DNA from: Candidatus Heimdallarchaeota archaeon
Lineage (GTDB): Archaea > Asgardarchaeota > Heimdallarchaeia > Heimdallarchaeales > Heimdallarchaeaceae
Assembly: GCA_018238545.1 (NCBI GenBank)
Contig: JABCTC010000002.1
Location: 64,001 to 128,000 of the forward strand
Direction of reading: 5' to 3'
Length of the DNA: 64,000 nt
In this document: piece by piece, positions 22,001-32,640 of the stretch
Layout of the letters: the number at the start of each line of letters is the position of its first letter
How positions within the stretch are numbered: position 1 is the first letter of the stretch
Notes under the pieces: generated by a model
The model's database searches: none
What the model was told of the DNA's origin: nothing
What the model saw: the letters and a program-made list of their open reading frames with translations, nothing else
Translations under genes and position numbers: made by a program

Positions 22001-22119
22001 CAACGAGAGTATTACTTTATACAGGAATAATGATAGGAATAGCGATTGTAGCTTCAATTTTACCTGGAATAAGAGCAAGTCAAATAACTCCAGCTGAAGC
22101 AATAAGATATGTAGGGTGA
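19072..22119 (+). CDS. ABC transporter permease, double MacB/FtsX type
   Basis: Two repeats of (E/D)R.(Q/R)..G..RAIG; multiple TM helices; C-terminal P.RA....P.EAIRY. Confidence 0.92.
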   Translation: MTGISMSYINILLQKTFKRRIGKNVGTLVAIALGVSLMVGVQITITSFSTTAIDFFVEAIGENDIIISGLGFPITDYESIIEQIDDSTIEYAAINARVTQDVAAYNLESGILEKGVSFTGVELNEDPVFGKFYDEEGKEINRVQLMNLFENESHVLIGYSLKDELNVTVGSDIKIRIGEFDGFIFNYITHDLKVAGFVSNEGKGKDFGGWAIWTSIDNIRSLIGFAQNDCTEINIALSSNHKKNPIDNEYAIQIEEELKILLDAENTGLLIIAFRALLLDTADEIISNVLIAFNLFGALIVFSGVLLLVNIQLIQVEDRIQQLGILRAIGSRRREIIRLFLVESTILGVIGSFLGVGGGYIMSIFLVNRIGKTFFDTSIGLQPIVTGGAVIYSIVLGLILAVGAGILPAIRAARVDVIEVIRGIKKTTRKRSGNFIMGLGFAFVMAGIAIFAAQMIVYDSLFTTSGWDTAVEQWMFMGGSVGLFVGISLLLGYVISKKVMGNGIGLAFIGTSVLMLIFSLPQLKDAAENSKILATLAVVLALGSIIWVGVNLRTVTNFIRGVMYKTKLKKGVSLIASKYMTSKSMRSTLTFGIFALVLTMNIFAGIYQSTYSYNTLESVEFLSGGASIFLELDTPISNDSLVNVEQDLYAVDEAITNVKGINSTIAFIQVDPEVSDLHIPADIFPTYVNMIFNDTLKDGDEYVFDFMFDLSLPFFFDDYKPAAAEEYQRQYSHNIWDFFYNRTKFSVDGSSIDNENGLLTVISTSPMLAAGDRFNLTGLFTNPTEVIVIATVRQYPFSQSRGLPALLITPDFLGKLSYNFALFPKHTRFLISTSEDFREGENTRIATKIEGFFNSNTSVLVQNEDFVAASAYNVWDVMLELVDFQVRTFDFLQYFVGFGLIVGALGMIIIAVRNVSERRREIGMMRAIGYKKRQIIASIMIELLILAFLGLIIGFLNSVILGLSFAIVYDWLLIIPATRVLLYTGIMIGIAIVASILPGIRASQITPAEAIRYVG

Positions 22120-22123
22120 TAAG

Positions 22124-22825
22124 ATGGAAGATGAAATTATACTCAAAACAGAAAACCTGCATAAAATATATGCTGAAGACACTTCTATGGAAGTACATGC
22201 TTTACGAGGAGTAAATATTGAGATTAAAAAAGGTGAGATGGTTGCGTTTATGGGTCCGTCAGGATGTGGTAAAACTACTCTCTTAAACCTTCTAGGTGGT
22301 ATTGATAAACCGACACGCGGTCAAATTTTCATCAATGGTCAAGACATTAATGAATTATTGGATACTGAGATAACAGATTTCAGATTACACAATATCGGTT
22401 ACATCTTCCAACTATTCAATCTCTTCGAATTCTTATCTGCACTTGAAAACACAGTGTTACCTCTGCTTCTAACTGATACAACTAAATTGGAGGCTGAAGA
22501 AGAGGCTAAGATGCTTTTGCGACAAATGGGATTAGGTGATAAAATTTATCATCTTCCCAATGAATTATCAGGTGGAGAGCAACAAAGAGTCGCTGTTTCC
22601 AGAGCTCTTCTGATGAACCCATCTATAATCTTAGGGGATGAACCTACAGGGGATTTGGATCAAGAAACATCATCGGATATTATGAACCTCTTTGTTTCCA
22701 TAAATGAAAACTATAAACAAACATTTCTCATAGTTACACATTCTGAACATATTGCCCAATTCTGTCATAGAACCATAAGGATAATTGATGGTGAAATAGT
22801 GGAATCTGGAAAGGAGGGATTATAA
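22124..22825 (+). CDS. ABC transporter ATP-binding protein (LolD/MacB-type)
   Basis: [31 protein letters not shown]. Confidence 0.95.
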   Translation: MEDEIILKTENLHKIYAEDTSMEVHALRGVNIEIKKGEMVAFMGPSGCGKTTLLNLLGGIDKPTRGQIFINGQDINELLDTEITDFRLHNIGYIFQLFNLFEFLSALENTVLPLLLTDTTKLEAEEEAKMLLRQMGLGDKIYHLPNELSGGEQQRVAVSRALLMNPSIILGDEPTGDLDQETSSDIMNLFVSINENYKQTFLIVTHSEHIAQFCHRTIRIIDGEIVESGKEGL

Positions 22826-24687
22826 TGCTAAATGAACAAATAGAGAAATATAGCACTCAAGAATTAAATGTTGAACTAACTCTAGGTATTCTTATCAACA
22901 AACTAAATAGAGATTCTCTAGATGTTTTAATAAGAAAACTAAGAACATATATCCTTCGTAAACTACGTGCAAAATCATTTGAAATTCTTGAAGTTAATAC
23001 CTTTCTTTTCTTCAGTTGTAGTTTCCCATTATCAAAGGTAGAACAACAAGACCAGAGAAAATATGTGGTAAATAAAGTAGAAACAATAGTTCAAAATTAT
23101 TGCAACAATGAATGTGATATATATTCCAAAACCATACAGAAAAACGTAGAAATTAAAGATATTACAAAAATGATAGTGCAGCTAGTTAAAAGCTCAAAAA
23201 CTCTGGAGAGAGCGGCTCTAATTAGACATATTGAGAACCAAGCAGATGACATAGATTTTAGAGTTGTTGGGCACGTTAGTGATGTTCTGTTAAACAGCTT
23301 TATTGCAATCTGGGATTTCCCTCAAGGTTATGAAGATATTATTATGTTCCCTGATTTGATTCTTAAACGAGAGATATCAGATAAGAAAAGTAATTTACCA
23401 CTTAAATTGATAGCTGGAAACCTTCTGATTATGCAATTTGGTAAAATCTGTTCACTCAACTTAAATTCCATCTTAGCATCAAATGAAGAAGCATTAATGT
23501 CACTAGACTTGGTTCTACAAGATTCAAAGAGAGTTCAAGAAATTGAAAATCAGATGAGTGATAAATTATGGAGAGTTCTTAGAGTAATTTTTGGTTTACT
23601 CTCTTCTACTCAACAAGCTATTTCTATACTATTAAAACAACTAAAACGAATATCAGAAGTAAGAGACGAGCTGGTTGAAGATGTTAAGCAATTAGATTAT
23701 GGACCTTTAATGGATTATATTATGTTCATAGATACAACAATGAATTGTGCAGAAAACATTTTGAGATTGAATAATCTCCAAGATAATGTCAAGCGAAACT
23801 ATCAATCCTTGCTGAAAATCATTAATAAATTCAAGGATGTTCAAAACAAAGAAATAGATGATATCCATGACCTGGCTCAAATTTTTATCCAAACGCTTAC
23901 CGAAATTCAGTTGATGAAATTCTTCTCTGACAAATTTAGGGATCTTGCTTATTTCCAAAACGTTCCTACAGAAGTAGCTCTAGAAAAAATAGATGCTATA
24001 TCAATTGAGAAAGATGAAATTCTAAAAGGTGTATCTCTGTTCAAGACATATATTCTAAAGAATTCAACAGTTTACGCACTACGTGGAGTTGATATAGAAA
24101 TTAGAAAGGGAGAAATGGTAGCGATCGTAGGAGCATCAGGAAGTGGAAAAACTACTCTCTTAAATCTACTTTCAGGATTAGATACACCAAATCGAGGTGC
24201 AGCATTTCTGTTAGGAAAAAACATTGATACCATGACAGATGCAGAAGTTTCAATGTTCAGAAGAAGAAACATGGGTTTTATTTTCCAATACTATAATTTA
24301 ATACCTCAGTTGACAGTGCTTGAAAATGTTATGCTTCCTGCTTTGATGATTAATCGCCCGAAGAAAGAAGCAAAGGAAAGAGCACTTGAGCTAATAAAGG
24401 AAGTGGGATTAGAAAGGTTTCAAAATCAGTTTCCAATTAAGCTTTCTGGGGGACAGATGCAACGAGTCACAATTGCTAGGGCAATGATAAATGATCCTGC
24501 AGTAATTTTTGCCGATGAGCCAACAGGAGACCTTGATTCTCAAACAGGAAAAGTTGTTATTGATTTAATCAGAAGATTTTCAAAAGAGAAAAACACTGCA
24601 GTAATCATAGTGACGCATGATATTGCAATGGCTAAAACATGTGATCGCATGATTCAAATAGGCGATGGAAAAGTTATTTCAGACTAG
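22825..24687 (+). CDS. ABC ATPase (LolD-type) with ~390-aa uncharacterised N-terminal domain
   Basis: C-terminal [31 protein letters not shown]; N-terminal helical region not recognised. Confidence 0.88.
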   Translation: MLNEQIEKYSTQELNVELTLGILINKLNRDSLDVLIRKLRTYILRKLRAKSFEILEVNTFLFFSCSFPLSKVEQQDQRKYVVNKVETIVQNYCNNECDIYSKTIQKNVEIKDITKMIVQLVKSSKTLERAALIRHIENQADDIDFRVVGHVSDVLLNSFIAIWDFPQGYEDIIMFPDLILKREISDKKSNLPLKLIAGNLLIMQFGKICSLNLNSILASNEEALMSLDLVLQDSKRVQEIENQMSDKLWRVLRVIFGLLSSTQQAISILLKQLKRISEVRDELVEDVKQLDYGPLMDYIMFIDTTMNCAENILRLNNLQDNVKRNYQSLLKIINKFKDVQNKEIDDIHDLAQIFIQTLTEIQLMKFFSDKFRDLAYFQNVPTEVALEKIDAISIEKDEILKGVSLFKTYILKNSTVYALRGVDIEIRKGEMVAIVGASGSGKTTLLNLLSGLDTPNRGAAFLLGKNIDTMTDAEVSMFRRRNMGFIFQYYNLIPQLTVLENVMLPALMINRPKKEAKERALELIKEVGLERFQNQFPIKLSGGQMQRVTIARAMINDPAVIFADEPTGDLDSQTGKVVIDLIRRFSKEKNTAVIIVTHDIAMAKTCDRMIQIGDGKVISD

Positions 24688-26039
24688 AGATTTATTCTCT
24701 CAATCTTCTTTATTTTCTTTACCCATCTCTCAAACTTTTTCGGTGTTGTAGGATATTTGTTAGAAATCTTCTTAATTTTCTCTGCAATCATTAAACCTCT
24801 AGCAAGCTTGAACAGAAGTTTCGGTTTACGCATTCCTTTCACTAATTTTTGGAATATGGGTAATTTGACTGAAGTTGAACCCATAATTGCATCAACATCA
24901 CTTTGGGAAATGATTTCTTTTTCAAACAGATAGGAAAAATCACTAAAAGGAACAGCATTTAGTAATTTATGAACTGCGATACCTAGCCCTCCGTCGTAAC
25001 CGTAAACATTCCAAATTGTCACATTGTAATCCCACAGTTCTTCTTCACTGTAATTCTCATGTCTTATTGCTAATTCTATTTTTTCAGCTGCATAGAACCC
25101 GCTAAGTAGAGCTGGACCATGCCCTTCTCCGCTAATAGGGTTGACTAGCGTTGCTGCATCTCCACAAGTAATGAAACCATCTGCTACCATGGAGTAAAGA
25201 GGTAATCTTCCTGGAAGTGTGTCACCTGCAGCGTCTATTACCTTGACGTCAGGGAAGAATTTATTCCTCAATTCTTCAAGTACTTTTTTAGCATTGAAAT
25301 CTTTGTTTGAATCGTTAATTAGCCAACCAACACCAATGTTCAATAATCTCTCACCTCTTGAAAAGATCCAGAAATATCCTGGAGGTGGAAGCTCATCATG
25401 GGTCTCAATTCTCATTTGTTTTTGAAATTCATGGGGTTTAGGTGTTTCGATAATCTCTCTAAAGGAAACGATGATTTCTTTTTTAGGTAGTTTCTTTTGG
25501 AACTTGTCACATACTCTATCTGGAATATTTCTCCTAACAATTCCAGTCACTCCTGAACAGTCAGCAACAATCTTCGCATAGATGTTAATTTTATCACCAT
25601 TTTCTGTTCTTACTTTGCACCCGACAATTTTGTTATTCTTGATTATAGTACCAATAACTTTGTGTTTTGGCTTAAATTCAATCCCAGGAAAATCTACTAA
25701 ACTATCAAGAAGGCGTTGCCCGTATTTCAATCTATCAATAGTTTGAGAAACAAAAGGAATCCATAATTCAAAATCAGGAACAGGTTTGAAATGAGCTGAT
25801 TCTAAGTCTTCTCCAATTTCATCTCCCTTTGGTTGCTGGATTCCAGATAATTCAAATAATTTTCTTGTACTGTTAGGACTCAAAGCATCCCCACAAGGCT
25901 TATAACCGACATCTGCACGTTTTTTTTGATCTAACACGATACAAGGAATGTCTCGTTTTCCAAGATTTATAGCCAAACTTACGCCTGCTGGACCTGCACC
26001 AACAATCAGTACATCTGTTTCCAAATCAAGATTTAACAT
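24684..26039 (-). CDS. Geranylgeranyl reductase family FAD oxidoreductase
   Basis: GAGPAG, KPCGDA, PPGYFWIF, GDAA.LVNPISGEG. Confidence 0.88.
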   Translation of the reverse strand: MLNLDLETDVLIVGAGPAGVSLAINLGKRDIPCIVLDQKKRADVGYKPCGDALSPNSTRKLFELSGIQQPKGDEIGEDLESAHFKPVPDFELWIPFVSQTIDRLKYGQRLLDSLVDFPGIEFKPKHKVIGTIIKNNKIVGCKVRTENGDKINIYAKIVADCSGVTGIVRRNIPDRVCDKFQKKLPKKEIIVSFREIIETPKPHEFQKQMRIETHDELPPPGYFWIFSRGERLLNIGVGWLINDSNKDFNAKKVLEELRNKFFPDVKVIDAAGDTLPGRLPLYSMVADGFITCGDAATLVNPISGEGHGPALLSGFYAAEKIELAIRHENYSEEELWDYNVTIWNVYGYDGGLGIAVHKLLNAVPFSDFSYLFEKEIISQSDVDAIMGSTSVKLPIFQKLVKGMRKPKLLFKLARGLMIAEKIKKISNKYPTTPKKFERWVKKIKKIERINL

Positions 26040-26133
26040 TATGAATACCATCAAAATAAACAGCATAATAAGTTTTTCACTTAGAAGGAAATACTCTATC
26101 CTTAAATATAGTATATTTTCATAATCAATAACA

Positions 26134-26595
26134 ATGACAATTTTAAAAATTGATTTTTATTTAGAAATGATTAACAAATCTCACGAAGCTTTTCGAGAAT
26201 TCTTATCTCATTTACCTGAAGATATTCTAGATTGGAGGGTGCATGAGTTTACACCAACTGTTCGTGAACAAATTACCCATATTATCCAAGATCAGATGTG
26301 GATAGTTAACTATATACTAGAAAAAAAAGAAGAAAAATACACTATTCCAGAAAATATTTCCAAGCTTCTTATAGAAGAAATAATCTCTGTTTACGATGAT
26401 TTTGTTTCAATTGCAGCAGAAAAACTCAGTAAAGTGAAGGACTCAAATTTAGCTGATGAAAGAAATTATAAGGAATATTCTCTGAACGTAGAAGACTGGT
26501 TATTTGAATATGTACATCATTTGAATAAGCATTGTGGCGAGATAAACATTGCCCATATTGCTTGGAAAAGAAAGGAAAGATCATCAAGTTCTTAG
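26134..26595 (+). CDS. DinB/YfiT-like four-helix protein
   Basis: TVREQITHI...HHLNKHCGEI metal-binding His pattern. Confidence 0.75.
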   Translation: MTILKIDFYLEMINKSHEAFREFLSHLPEDILDWRVHEFTPTVREQITHIIQDQMWIVNYILEKKEEKYTIPENISKLLIEEIISVYDDFVSIAAEKLSKVKDSNLADERNYKEYSLNVEDWLFEYVHHLNKHCGEINIAHIAWKRKERSSSS

Positions 26596-26600
26596 TTGCT

Positions 26601-27494
26601 TCATGATTTGCCTTCTAATGATTCTTCAGGTGTAAAAGGCTCTAAATGTATGATTAATTCTCTGAAAATCCCCTCATTTTCTAAATTTTGTTTGACTTTT
26701 TCTGAAACTTCATGAGCTTCAAAAATAGTCATTTGTGGGTCAACTAGTATATGAAAATCACCTGTATAATAGCCTAATATTGTTCTTAGTCTAACGATGT
26801 GAACTTCTTTTACATCGGGATGAGAAAGTGCAATCTCTGTTAATTTATCTAATACTTCTTGTGGTGCTCCTCTATCAAGTAAGTCTGGAATTGATACTTT
26901 AGCTATCTCAAAACCAGTAAAAATTATCAACCCTACAATTATGAAGGCACAAATAGGATCCAACCACCAGACATTGAAGTAAGAACCTACAACGGCTATA
27001 AGTACAAAAATTGACGAAAAAGCATCAGTCCTATAATTTTTGGCATTAGCGATTATGACAACTGAGTTTATTTTTTTCCCTATTTTGAATAAACTAATTG
27101 ACATAGCTGTCTTCCCAACAAATGAAATAACAGCTGCGATTATTATTAGATAGAGATAATCAACTGGGAGAAGTGTGTGGTTAACTAATCTTTCAATCGA
27201 TTCACTCGCTATGAAATACGATGAAATGAACAAAGTTAGAGCAATAGCTATACTAAAAACCAATTGAAATTTATGATGTCCAAAAGGATGGGAAGAATCA
27301 GCTGGTTTCTTGCTGACTTTCTCGCCAACACCGGCAAATGCTGCAGTTATCAGATCTAATATAGAATCAAATCCATCTGCAATCAAGCTTATAGATCCTG
27401 TAAAAAAACCAATTATTAGCTTCAATGCAACTAGAAGACTGTTTACTCCTACTGAAAGAATGTTTGCAATAGTTGCTGAGCTAAAGGATACCAT
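26601..27494 (-). CDS. Cation diffusion facilitator (FieF-like) transporter
   Basis: SLIADG.DS..D, KPAD..HPFGH, C-terminal dimerisation domain ending IHLEP. Confidence 0.92.
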   Translation of the reverse strand: MVSFSSATIANILSVGVNSLLVALKLIIGFFTGSISLIADGFDSILDLITAAFAGVGEKVSKKPADSSHPFGHHKFQLVFSIAIALTLFISSYFIASESIERLVNHTLLPVDYLYLIIIAAVISFVGKTAMSISLFKIGKKINSVVIIANAKNYRTDAFSSIFVLIAVVGSYFNVWWLDPICAFIIVGLIIFTGFEIAKVSIPDLLDRGAPQEVLDKLTEIALSHPDVKEVHIVRLRTILGYYTGDFHILVDPQMTIFEAHEVSEKVKQNLENEGIFRELIIHLEPFTPEESLEGKS

Positions 27495-27633
27495 TAACCA
27501 ATCTTCTTCTTTTATACCAATAAAGTTTATGTTACATGAATTTAAGGGGCTTGAAACGCACTCTAATAAGGTTAAATTTTACGTTGCATCCAATAATATA
27601 TCATATTTCATGTACATAGTTTAAAAAAAGAAA

Positions 27634-28599
27634 GTGTTAATTATGGAGGTATATGGAAAAAATTTAATCTTAGTTTTCCGGAAAAGAATGTATACCTTCT
27701 GGTCCTTTATACGGCATAATGTGTATCTAATAGGATACTGGATTGCTAAAATAAGTGGGGTTGTGTTGTTGTGTTTAATCTACAGGTGGCAGAGAGAAAT
27801 CAAAATTAGAAATCTGTTAAAGAAAAATCAAATAGAACATCCACTGAAAATTAGAATAAAACAGGACAAACATAGGAGACAAAATGATTTCGATGGTCTT
27901 TTCCTTTCAAGATTTTCCTGTCAGAAAGATGTTAAGTTGAATAATTTTGGCTTATTCATAATTCCTAGAAAAGGTGAAAGAGCTGAAATTGTTCTACTGC
28001 GTTATTCAGCTGTAGTAAAAGATTTGGGCTGTGATGTGTTTGTTTATAATAAACCTTCACGAGGAAATCTAAAATCCAAAAATAGGTTTTTAGAGTTAAA
28101 GAAACTTGTTGAATGTTATGAATATTATCAACTTAAAATTGGATTATTGGAGAAAGAAAGAATTTTCATTTTGACTGAGTCCAAAGGAAGGCAATTAGCA
28201 TTATCACTCTCAACTCAAGTAGAATCAAAAGGAATAATTCTTGATTTTACTAGAAAACGAAAACCTCCAAAGCAATGGCAAGGTTTGATGGGAAGAGTTA
28301 AATTTTTATCTCTAGTGAATTTAGTAACATCGATTATTGAGAAAGTAAAAACTTTATCAAAAACAGAAACTCGTACTGTTGAACTTCATACTCAACTGAT
28401 CATGATATCTAGAAAAGATAGAAAAGATAGATTGCTAGGATATTTGGAATACAAATTTGGCAATCTTAAGGAAGAATTGGTTAAACTTGCAATAGGGATT
28501 AAGGAAGTAGAGTTCACTCAAGAATTTAGAGAAACTATATTGCTAGTTTCACGTGATGGAAAGAGCAAAATTGAAGAAAAAAACAGAAATTATAATTGA
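27634..28599 (+). CDS. Hypothetical membrane-anchored, basic protein with degenerate alpha/beta-hydrolase features
   Basis: N-terminal hydrophobic segment; LGCDVFVYN, RIFILTESKG..LAL, KGIILD; start uncertain. Confidence 0.45.
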   Translation: MLIMEVYGKNLILVFRKRMYTFWSFIRHNVYLIGYWIAKISGVVLLCLIYRWQREIKIRNLLKKNQIEHPLKIRIKQDKHRRQNDFDGLFLSRFSCQKDVKLNNFGLFIIPRKGERAEIVLLRYSAVVKDLGCDVFVYNKPSRGNLKSKNRFLELKKLVECYEYYQLKIGLLEKERIFILTESKGRQLALSLSTQVESKGIILDFTRKRKPPKQWQGLMGRVKFLSLVNLVTSIIEKVKTLSKTETRTVELHTQLIMISRKDRKDRLLGYLEYKFGNLKEELVKLAIGIKEVEFTQEFRETILLVSRDGKSKIEEKNRNYN

Positions 28600-28626
28600 T
28601 GTAATTTAGTAAAAAAAGAGGATAAA

Positions 28627-29976
28627 TTACTTGCCACCACTTACTTGAAGCGGTGAAAGTAACATCCATGGTGATTTGTGTCCATGTCGATTTTGTTGTT
28701 CTTTACTGAAATCCTCTATTTTCTCTAAAACTTCAAAGACAGTAGTACCGATCATTGCATTCTTTACAGGATATTGAACCTCTCCATCTTTAATGTAGAA
28801 TCCTTGATTTATCTGAGCTGAGATTTGAGGGTTACCAGACATATCAACGATAGAGGACCCTATCAAGAGAATACCTTCCTTAAGATCCTCAAGAAGTGTA
28901 TCTTTAGTAGTTTCTCCAGCTTTGATATCTAATGAGTACGTTGAAGGAGTAGGTCTTGAAGCAAAAGATCCACGAGATGCGTGACCAGTATTATCAAGTC
29001 CAACAAGGGGGGCAGTGTAAGAATCTGTTATGTAAGTACTAAGAATACCCTCCTTAACAAGGTTTAATTTTTGGGGAATTACTCCTTCATCATCGAAAGC
29101 GGAAGAATCGACACCTCCATGATAAAATGGATCATCTGTAATTGATAATTTATCTGAAGCAATTGCATCACCTATTTTGTCTACAAAGTAAGCTGTTCGA
29201 TTAAATACATTGAAAGCATTGATGCCAGATGAAATGATAGGGGAGATTGTTCCCATACAGCTATCAGGATCAAGAAGAATAGGCAAAGTTGCAGATTCAA
29301 TCTTTTGCGATCCAAGCATCTTTAATGCTCGAGTTCCCGCTTCTTTTCCTACAATTAAATGATCAAAGTCAGCTAACATTTTGGAAGAATCAAAGTAATA
29401 AGCATTTCCAATATCATCTCCATCTTGTATTTTAACACCTAGATAACCTGTAATTGATGTTTGTTTGGAAAACCTATCTATGCCTTGAGAATTAATGATA
29501 AATCTTTCGCCGCTACCTGCTGTAAAACTACCGCCTATTATGGCATCATCTCTTACTTGAGCTTCTTGTACTCCTTCGAGAATCATTACTGTGAAATCTT
29601 CAACTGATAATTCAATTATGTTTTGATCAAAACAACCTTTGATCTCAGGAGTAGGGCGAGTGTCCTCTGGCAATGACTTGAAATTTTCATCTGGTGGTGT
29701 GACTTTTGCTAACGAATAAGCATCCTTTACAGTTTTTTCAATTGAATCATGAGAAAATATGGTTGTAGAAGCCATACCTATTGCTTTGTTTTTTATGATT
29801 CTAACTCCTAAACCAGAATTGGAAACATCAGTAAACTTTCTTATGGATCCTCTTTCGAGTTGAACGTTTCTAGCAGCACCAAAAATGGTATAAGCTTCAA
29901 CTTGATCAGCACCAAAGGATAAACCAAGTTTAATTACTTTTTCAGCTAATTCATGTAAGTTAATTTTAGTAGACAT
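28627..29976 (-). CDS. tldE: TldE/PmbA family protein
   Basis: GADQVEAY, SGLGVR, FDDEG, TGHASR; no HExxxH; follows tldD. Confidence 0.88.
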   Translation of the reverse strand: MSTKINLHELAEKVIKLGLSFGADQVEAYTIFGAARNVQLERGSIRKFTDVSNSGLGVRIIKNKAIGMASTTIFSHDSIEKTVKDAYSLAKVTPPDENFKSLPEDTRPTPEIKGCFDQNIIELSVEDFTVMILEGVQEAQVRDDAIIGGSFTAGSGERFIINSQGIDRFSKQTSITGYLGVKIQDGDDIGNAYYFDSSKMLADFDHLIVGKEAGTRALKMLGSQKIESATLPILLDPDSCMGTISPIISSGINAFNVFNRTAYFVDKIGDAIASDKLSITDDPFYHGGVDSSAFDDEGVIPQKLNLVKEGILSTYITDSYTAPLVGLDNTGHASRGSFASRPTPSTYSLDIKAGETTKDTLLEDLKEGILLIGSSIVDMSGNPQISAQINQGFYIKDGEVQYPVKNAMIGTTVFEVLEKIEDFSKEQQNRHGHKSPWMLLSPLQVSGGK

Positions 29977-29977
29977 T

Positions 29978-31372
29978 TTATTGAGATCCTCCAATAACAA
30001 TACCTGAAACACCAATATCTGGTCCACCAGCAGTAACTGGAATGCCTTGACCTTGTTTTCCGCACGTGCCTAAAAACTCCGGTGCCCATTTCTTTCCTAC
30101 GGCATAAGTATTCTGAAATACTTCTAAAGTCATTCCTGACATTCCCACATTACCAATCATGTCAGTTATCTCCCCATCTTCTATGAAATATCCCAACTGG
30201 CAAGAGAAGTAAAATTGACCTTTTGCAGGCATAACATATCCTCCATAGGAATTCTTCAGATAGACACCTTCTTTTGTAAGTTCAGCAATTTCTTCAAGTG
30301 ATTTATCACCAGAATCAACATATGTATTCCCCATTCTTGCTAATGGAGTGAAGTTGAAATTCATTGCTCGACCTGAGCCATTGGGTTCCATGTCTAAAGC
30401 AGTTGCTGTTTCCAGTGTATGGAAGTATTCTTTCAAAATACCTTTCTCCACAAGTACCCTTTTACGTGCTTTGGTACCTTCAGAATCATAATCAAAAGAA
30501 CCTCTCAATCCTGGTAAAGTTGGATCATCATAAACATTGATTTCTTCCACACCAACTCTTTTATTGATCCTGTTTTCAAGCACTGATTGTTTTGCGATAA
30601 CAGCGTCAGCTTCACAAGCATGTCCAAATGCCTCATGTACAAAAACACCAGTTAATGATGGGTCCATTATGACATTCATACGACCTGATGGAGGTTTTCT
30701 GGCAGATAGTAGTTTGAGAGCCATCCCAGCTGCTTCAAGGCCTTCCTTCTCAGGTTCCCATTTTTGAATTAGTTCCCATCCCCCTGTACCACCAATGGAA
30801 TCAAAAACAGATTGCATTTCAGTGCCTTCTCTCGCAATAACATTTTTCATAATACGAACAACGTGGTTCTCATTTTCCACTTTTGTACCCTTGCTGTTTA
30901 TTACACACTCTTTACTGTGTGTTTCTTGGTAAGTTGAAGATGTTTCGGCAATCCTGTCAGAAAATTCACGTGCTGCTTTTTCAGTTTGAATGATTTTTTC
31001 GAACTTAGTTTTTTTGTCAATTTCTCTTGGATCGATTTCGAGTTTTGTCATACCTTTTCCTTCAAAAACCCAATCATCCTTTATCTTTCTCTCTTGTTTA
31101 GCAAACTTTGAACCTATTTTTGCAATTCGTATAGCTTTTTCAGCCGCTTTCAGAATAGATTCTTCATCTATAGTAACAATAGTAGTAAATCCCCAAGCAT
31201 TATCGATTAGAGCTCTAATAGCAACACCACCTGTTGTCTGATTACTGACACTATCAAATCTTCCATTTCTAACTGTGAAAGATTCTCCCATGGCATAAGC
31301 ATAACGGATGTCTAAGAAATCTTTTGAGGGCATACTAATTTTGTTGATTACTTTCTCTATAGTATCTAACAT
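29978..31372 (-). CDS. tldD: TldD family metalloprotease
   Basis: HEAFGHACEAD, DDPT, YDSEG, RMGNT, CGK.GQ.IPV. Confidence 0.93.
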   Translation of the reverse strand: MLDTIEKVINKISMPSKDFLDIRYAYAMGESFTVRNGRFDSVSNQTTGGVAIRALIDNAWGFTTIVTIDEESILKAAEKAIRIAKIGSKFAKQERKIKDDWVFEGKGMTKLEIDPREIDKKTKFEKIIQTEKAAREFSDRIAETSSTYQETHSKECVINSKGTKVENENHVVRIMKNVIAREGTEMQSVFDSIGGTGGWELIQKWEPEKEGLEAAGMALKLLSARKPPSGRMNVIMDPSLTGVFVHEAFGHACEADAVIAKQSVLENRINKRVGVEEINVYDDPTLPGLRGSFDYDSEGTKARKRVLVEKGILKEYFHTLETATALDMEPNGSGRAMNFNFTPLARMGNTYVDSGDKSLEEIAELTKEGVYLKNSYGGYVMPAKGQFYFSCQLGYFIEDGEITDMIGNVGMSGMTLEVFQNTYAVGKKWAPEFLGTCGKQGQGIPVTAGGPDIGVSGIVIGGSQ

Positions 31373-31435
31373 TCTGTCCTTATGTTTTTTGAAATAATAT
31401 AAGTCTAGTTGTAAGACAATAGAAAAAAGGAAATA

Positions 31436-32461
31436 TTAGATAATAATGTCTGATGGTTCTCCACATTTCTTACATGATGCTTCTTTGCCAAGATTTTTCT
31501 TCTTTATTGTATAACCAGCTCTTTCTACAAGAATAACACCACAGTTTTGACAAAGAGTAGAGTTAATTTCAGAATATGGAAGATTTCCAGTATATACATA
31601 TTTCATCCCAACAGCTTCTGCTATCCTGCTGGCTTCTAGAACAGTTTCAACTGGTGTGGAAGGAACATGTTGCATTTTATAATGAGGATAGAACCTACTG
31701 AAGTGAATTGGTACTTTATCATTCATTGAATTAAGAACCCATTCTGCAAACTGTTTGATTTCCTCTTTATTGTCATTGTAACCTGGAATTAAGAGCATGG
31801 TTAGTTCGATATGGATACCTTCTGAAAACATTAATAGCACATTTTCTTTGATTTGTTCTAAACCAGGGAAATGAGCTACTTTTTTATAGAAATCTTGATT
31901 GAAAGCTTTAATATCGATATTTGCCGCATCTATGATACCAAATAGCTCAGTAAGTGGTTCTTTATTGATTAAACCATTGGAAACTAGTACGTTACCAACA
32001 TTGTTCTTGTGAGCTAATTTTCCTGTCTCTTTTATCCATTCAAAATTGATTAGTGGTTCATTATATGTATAAGCAATGGTTTCACAATTGTTGTTTCTAA
32101 CTTTTTCCATCGCTTGTTTTGAAGTAATAGTTATCATATCGTTACTTTCAGCTGATACTTGACTTATCGTCCAGTTTTGGCACATATCACAATGCAAGTT
32201 GCATCCTGCTGTTCCAAAACTCATTGAAGCTGTTCCTGGTTTATAATGGTAAATAGGTTTTTTCTCAATTGGATCAGCGTGAACTGAAGTGAACCGGTTG
32301 TATCCTAACGCAAAGAGTTTCCCATCAATATTCTTTCTTGCTTTGCAGTTTCCTAGCTGCCCAGGTTGTATTTTGCAATACCAAGGGCACAAAAGACAGT
32401 GAACTTTTTCTCCCTCAAGTTTTTCGTAAAATTCAGCTTCGTGTAGATTCACTAAAATCAC
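31436..32461 (-). CDS. AmmeMemoRadiSam-system radical SAM enzyme
   Basis: CLLCP..C, DPIEKKPIYHY, GCNLHCDMCQNW, AYTYNEP, NIDIK, HFSRFYP, YVYTGN. Confidence 0.9.
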   Translation of the reverse strand: MILVNLHEAEFYEKLEGEKVHCLLCPWYCKIQPGQLGNCKARKNIDGKLFALGYNRFTSVHADPIEKKPIYHYKPGTASMSFGTAGCNLHCDMCQNWTISQVSAESNDMITITSKQAMEKVRNNNCETIAYTYNEPLINFEWIKETGKLAHKNNVGNVLVSNGLINKEPLTELFGIIDAANIDIKAFNQDFYKKVAHFPGLEQIKENVLLMFSEGIHIELTMLLIPGYNDNKEEIKQFAEWVLNSMNDKVPIHFSRFYPHYKMQHVPSTPVETVLEASRIAEAVGMKYVYTGNLPYSEINSTLCQNCGVILVERAGYTIKKKNLGKEASCKKCGEPSDIII

Positions 32462-32539
32462 AGATCTCTCTATGTTTATGTATTATAATAAAAACTTCAC
32501 AAAATTCTTTAAATCTGTCGATGATGTTCATTTGTCTTC

Positions 32540-32640
32540 TTGTCTTATTAGACAAAGCTAAGTACATGTCGTGCTTAGAGGTCATGATATAGGGCGAAGA
32601 CACTCTATACTCACTCTTAGTGGATACATCACGTATCCTC
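32540..32640 (-). ncRNA. Candidate TnpB omega/reRNA scaffold remnant
   Basis: Four hairpins overlapping and following the tnpB 3' end: 32622-32638, 32589-32608, 32558-32578, 32540-32555. Confidence 0.5.
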
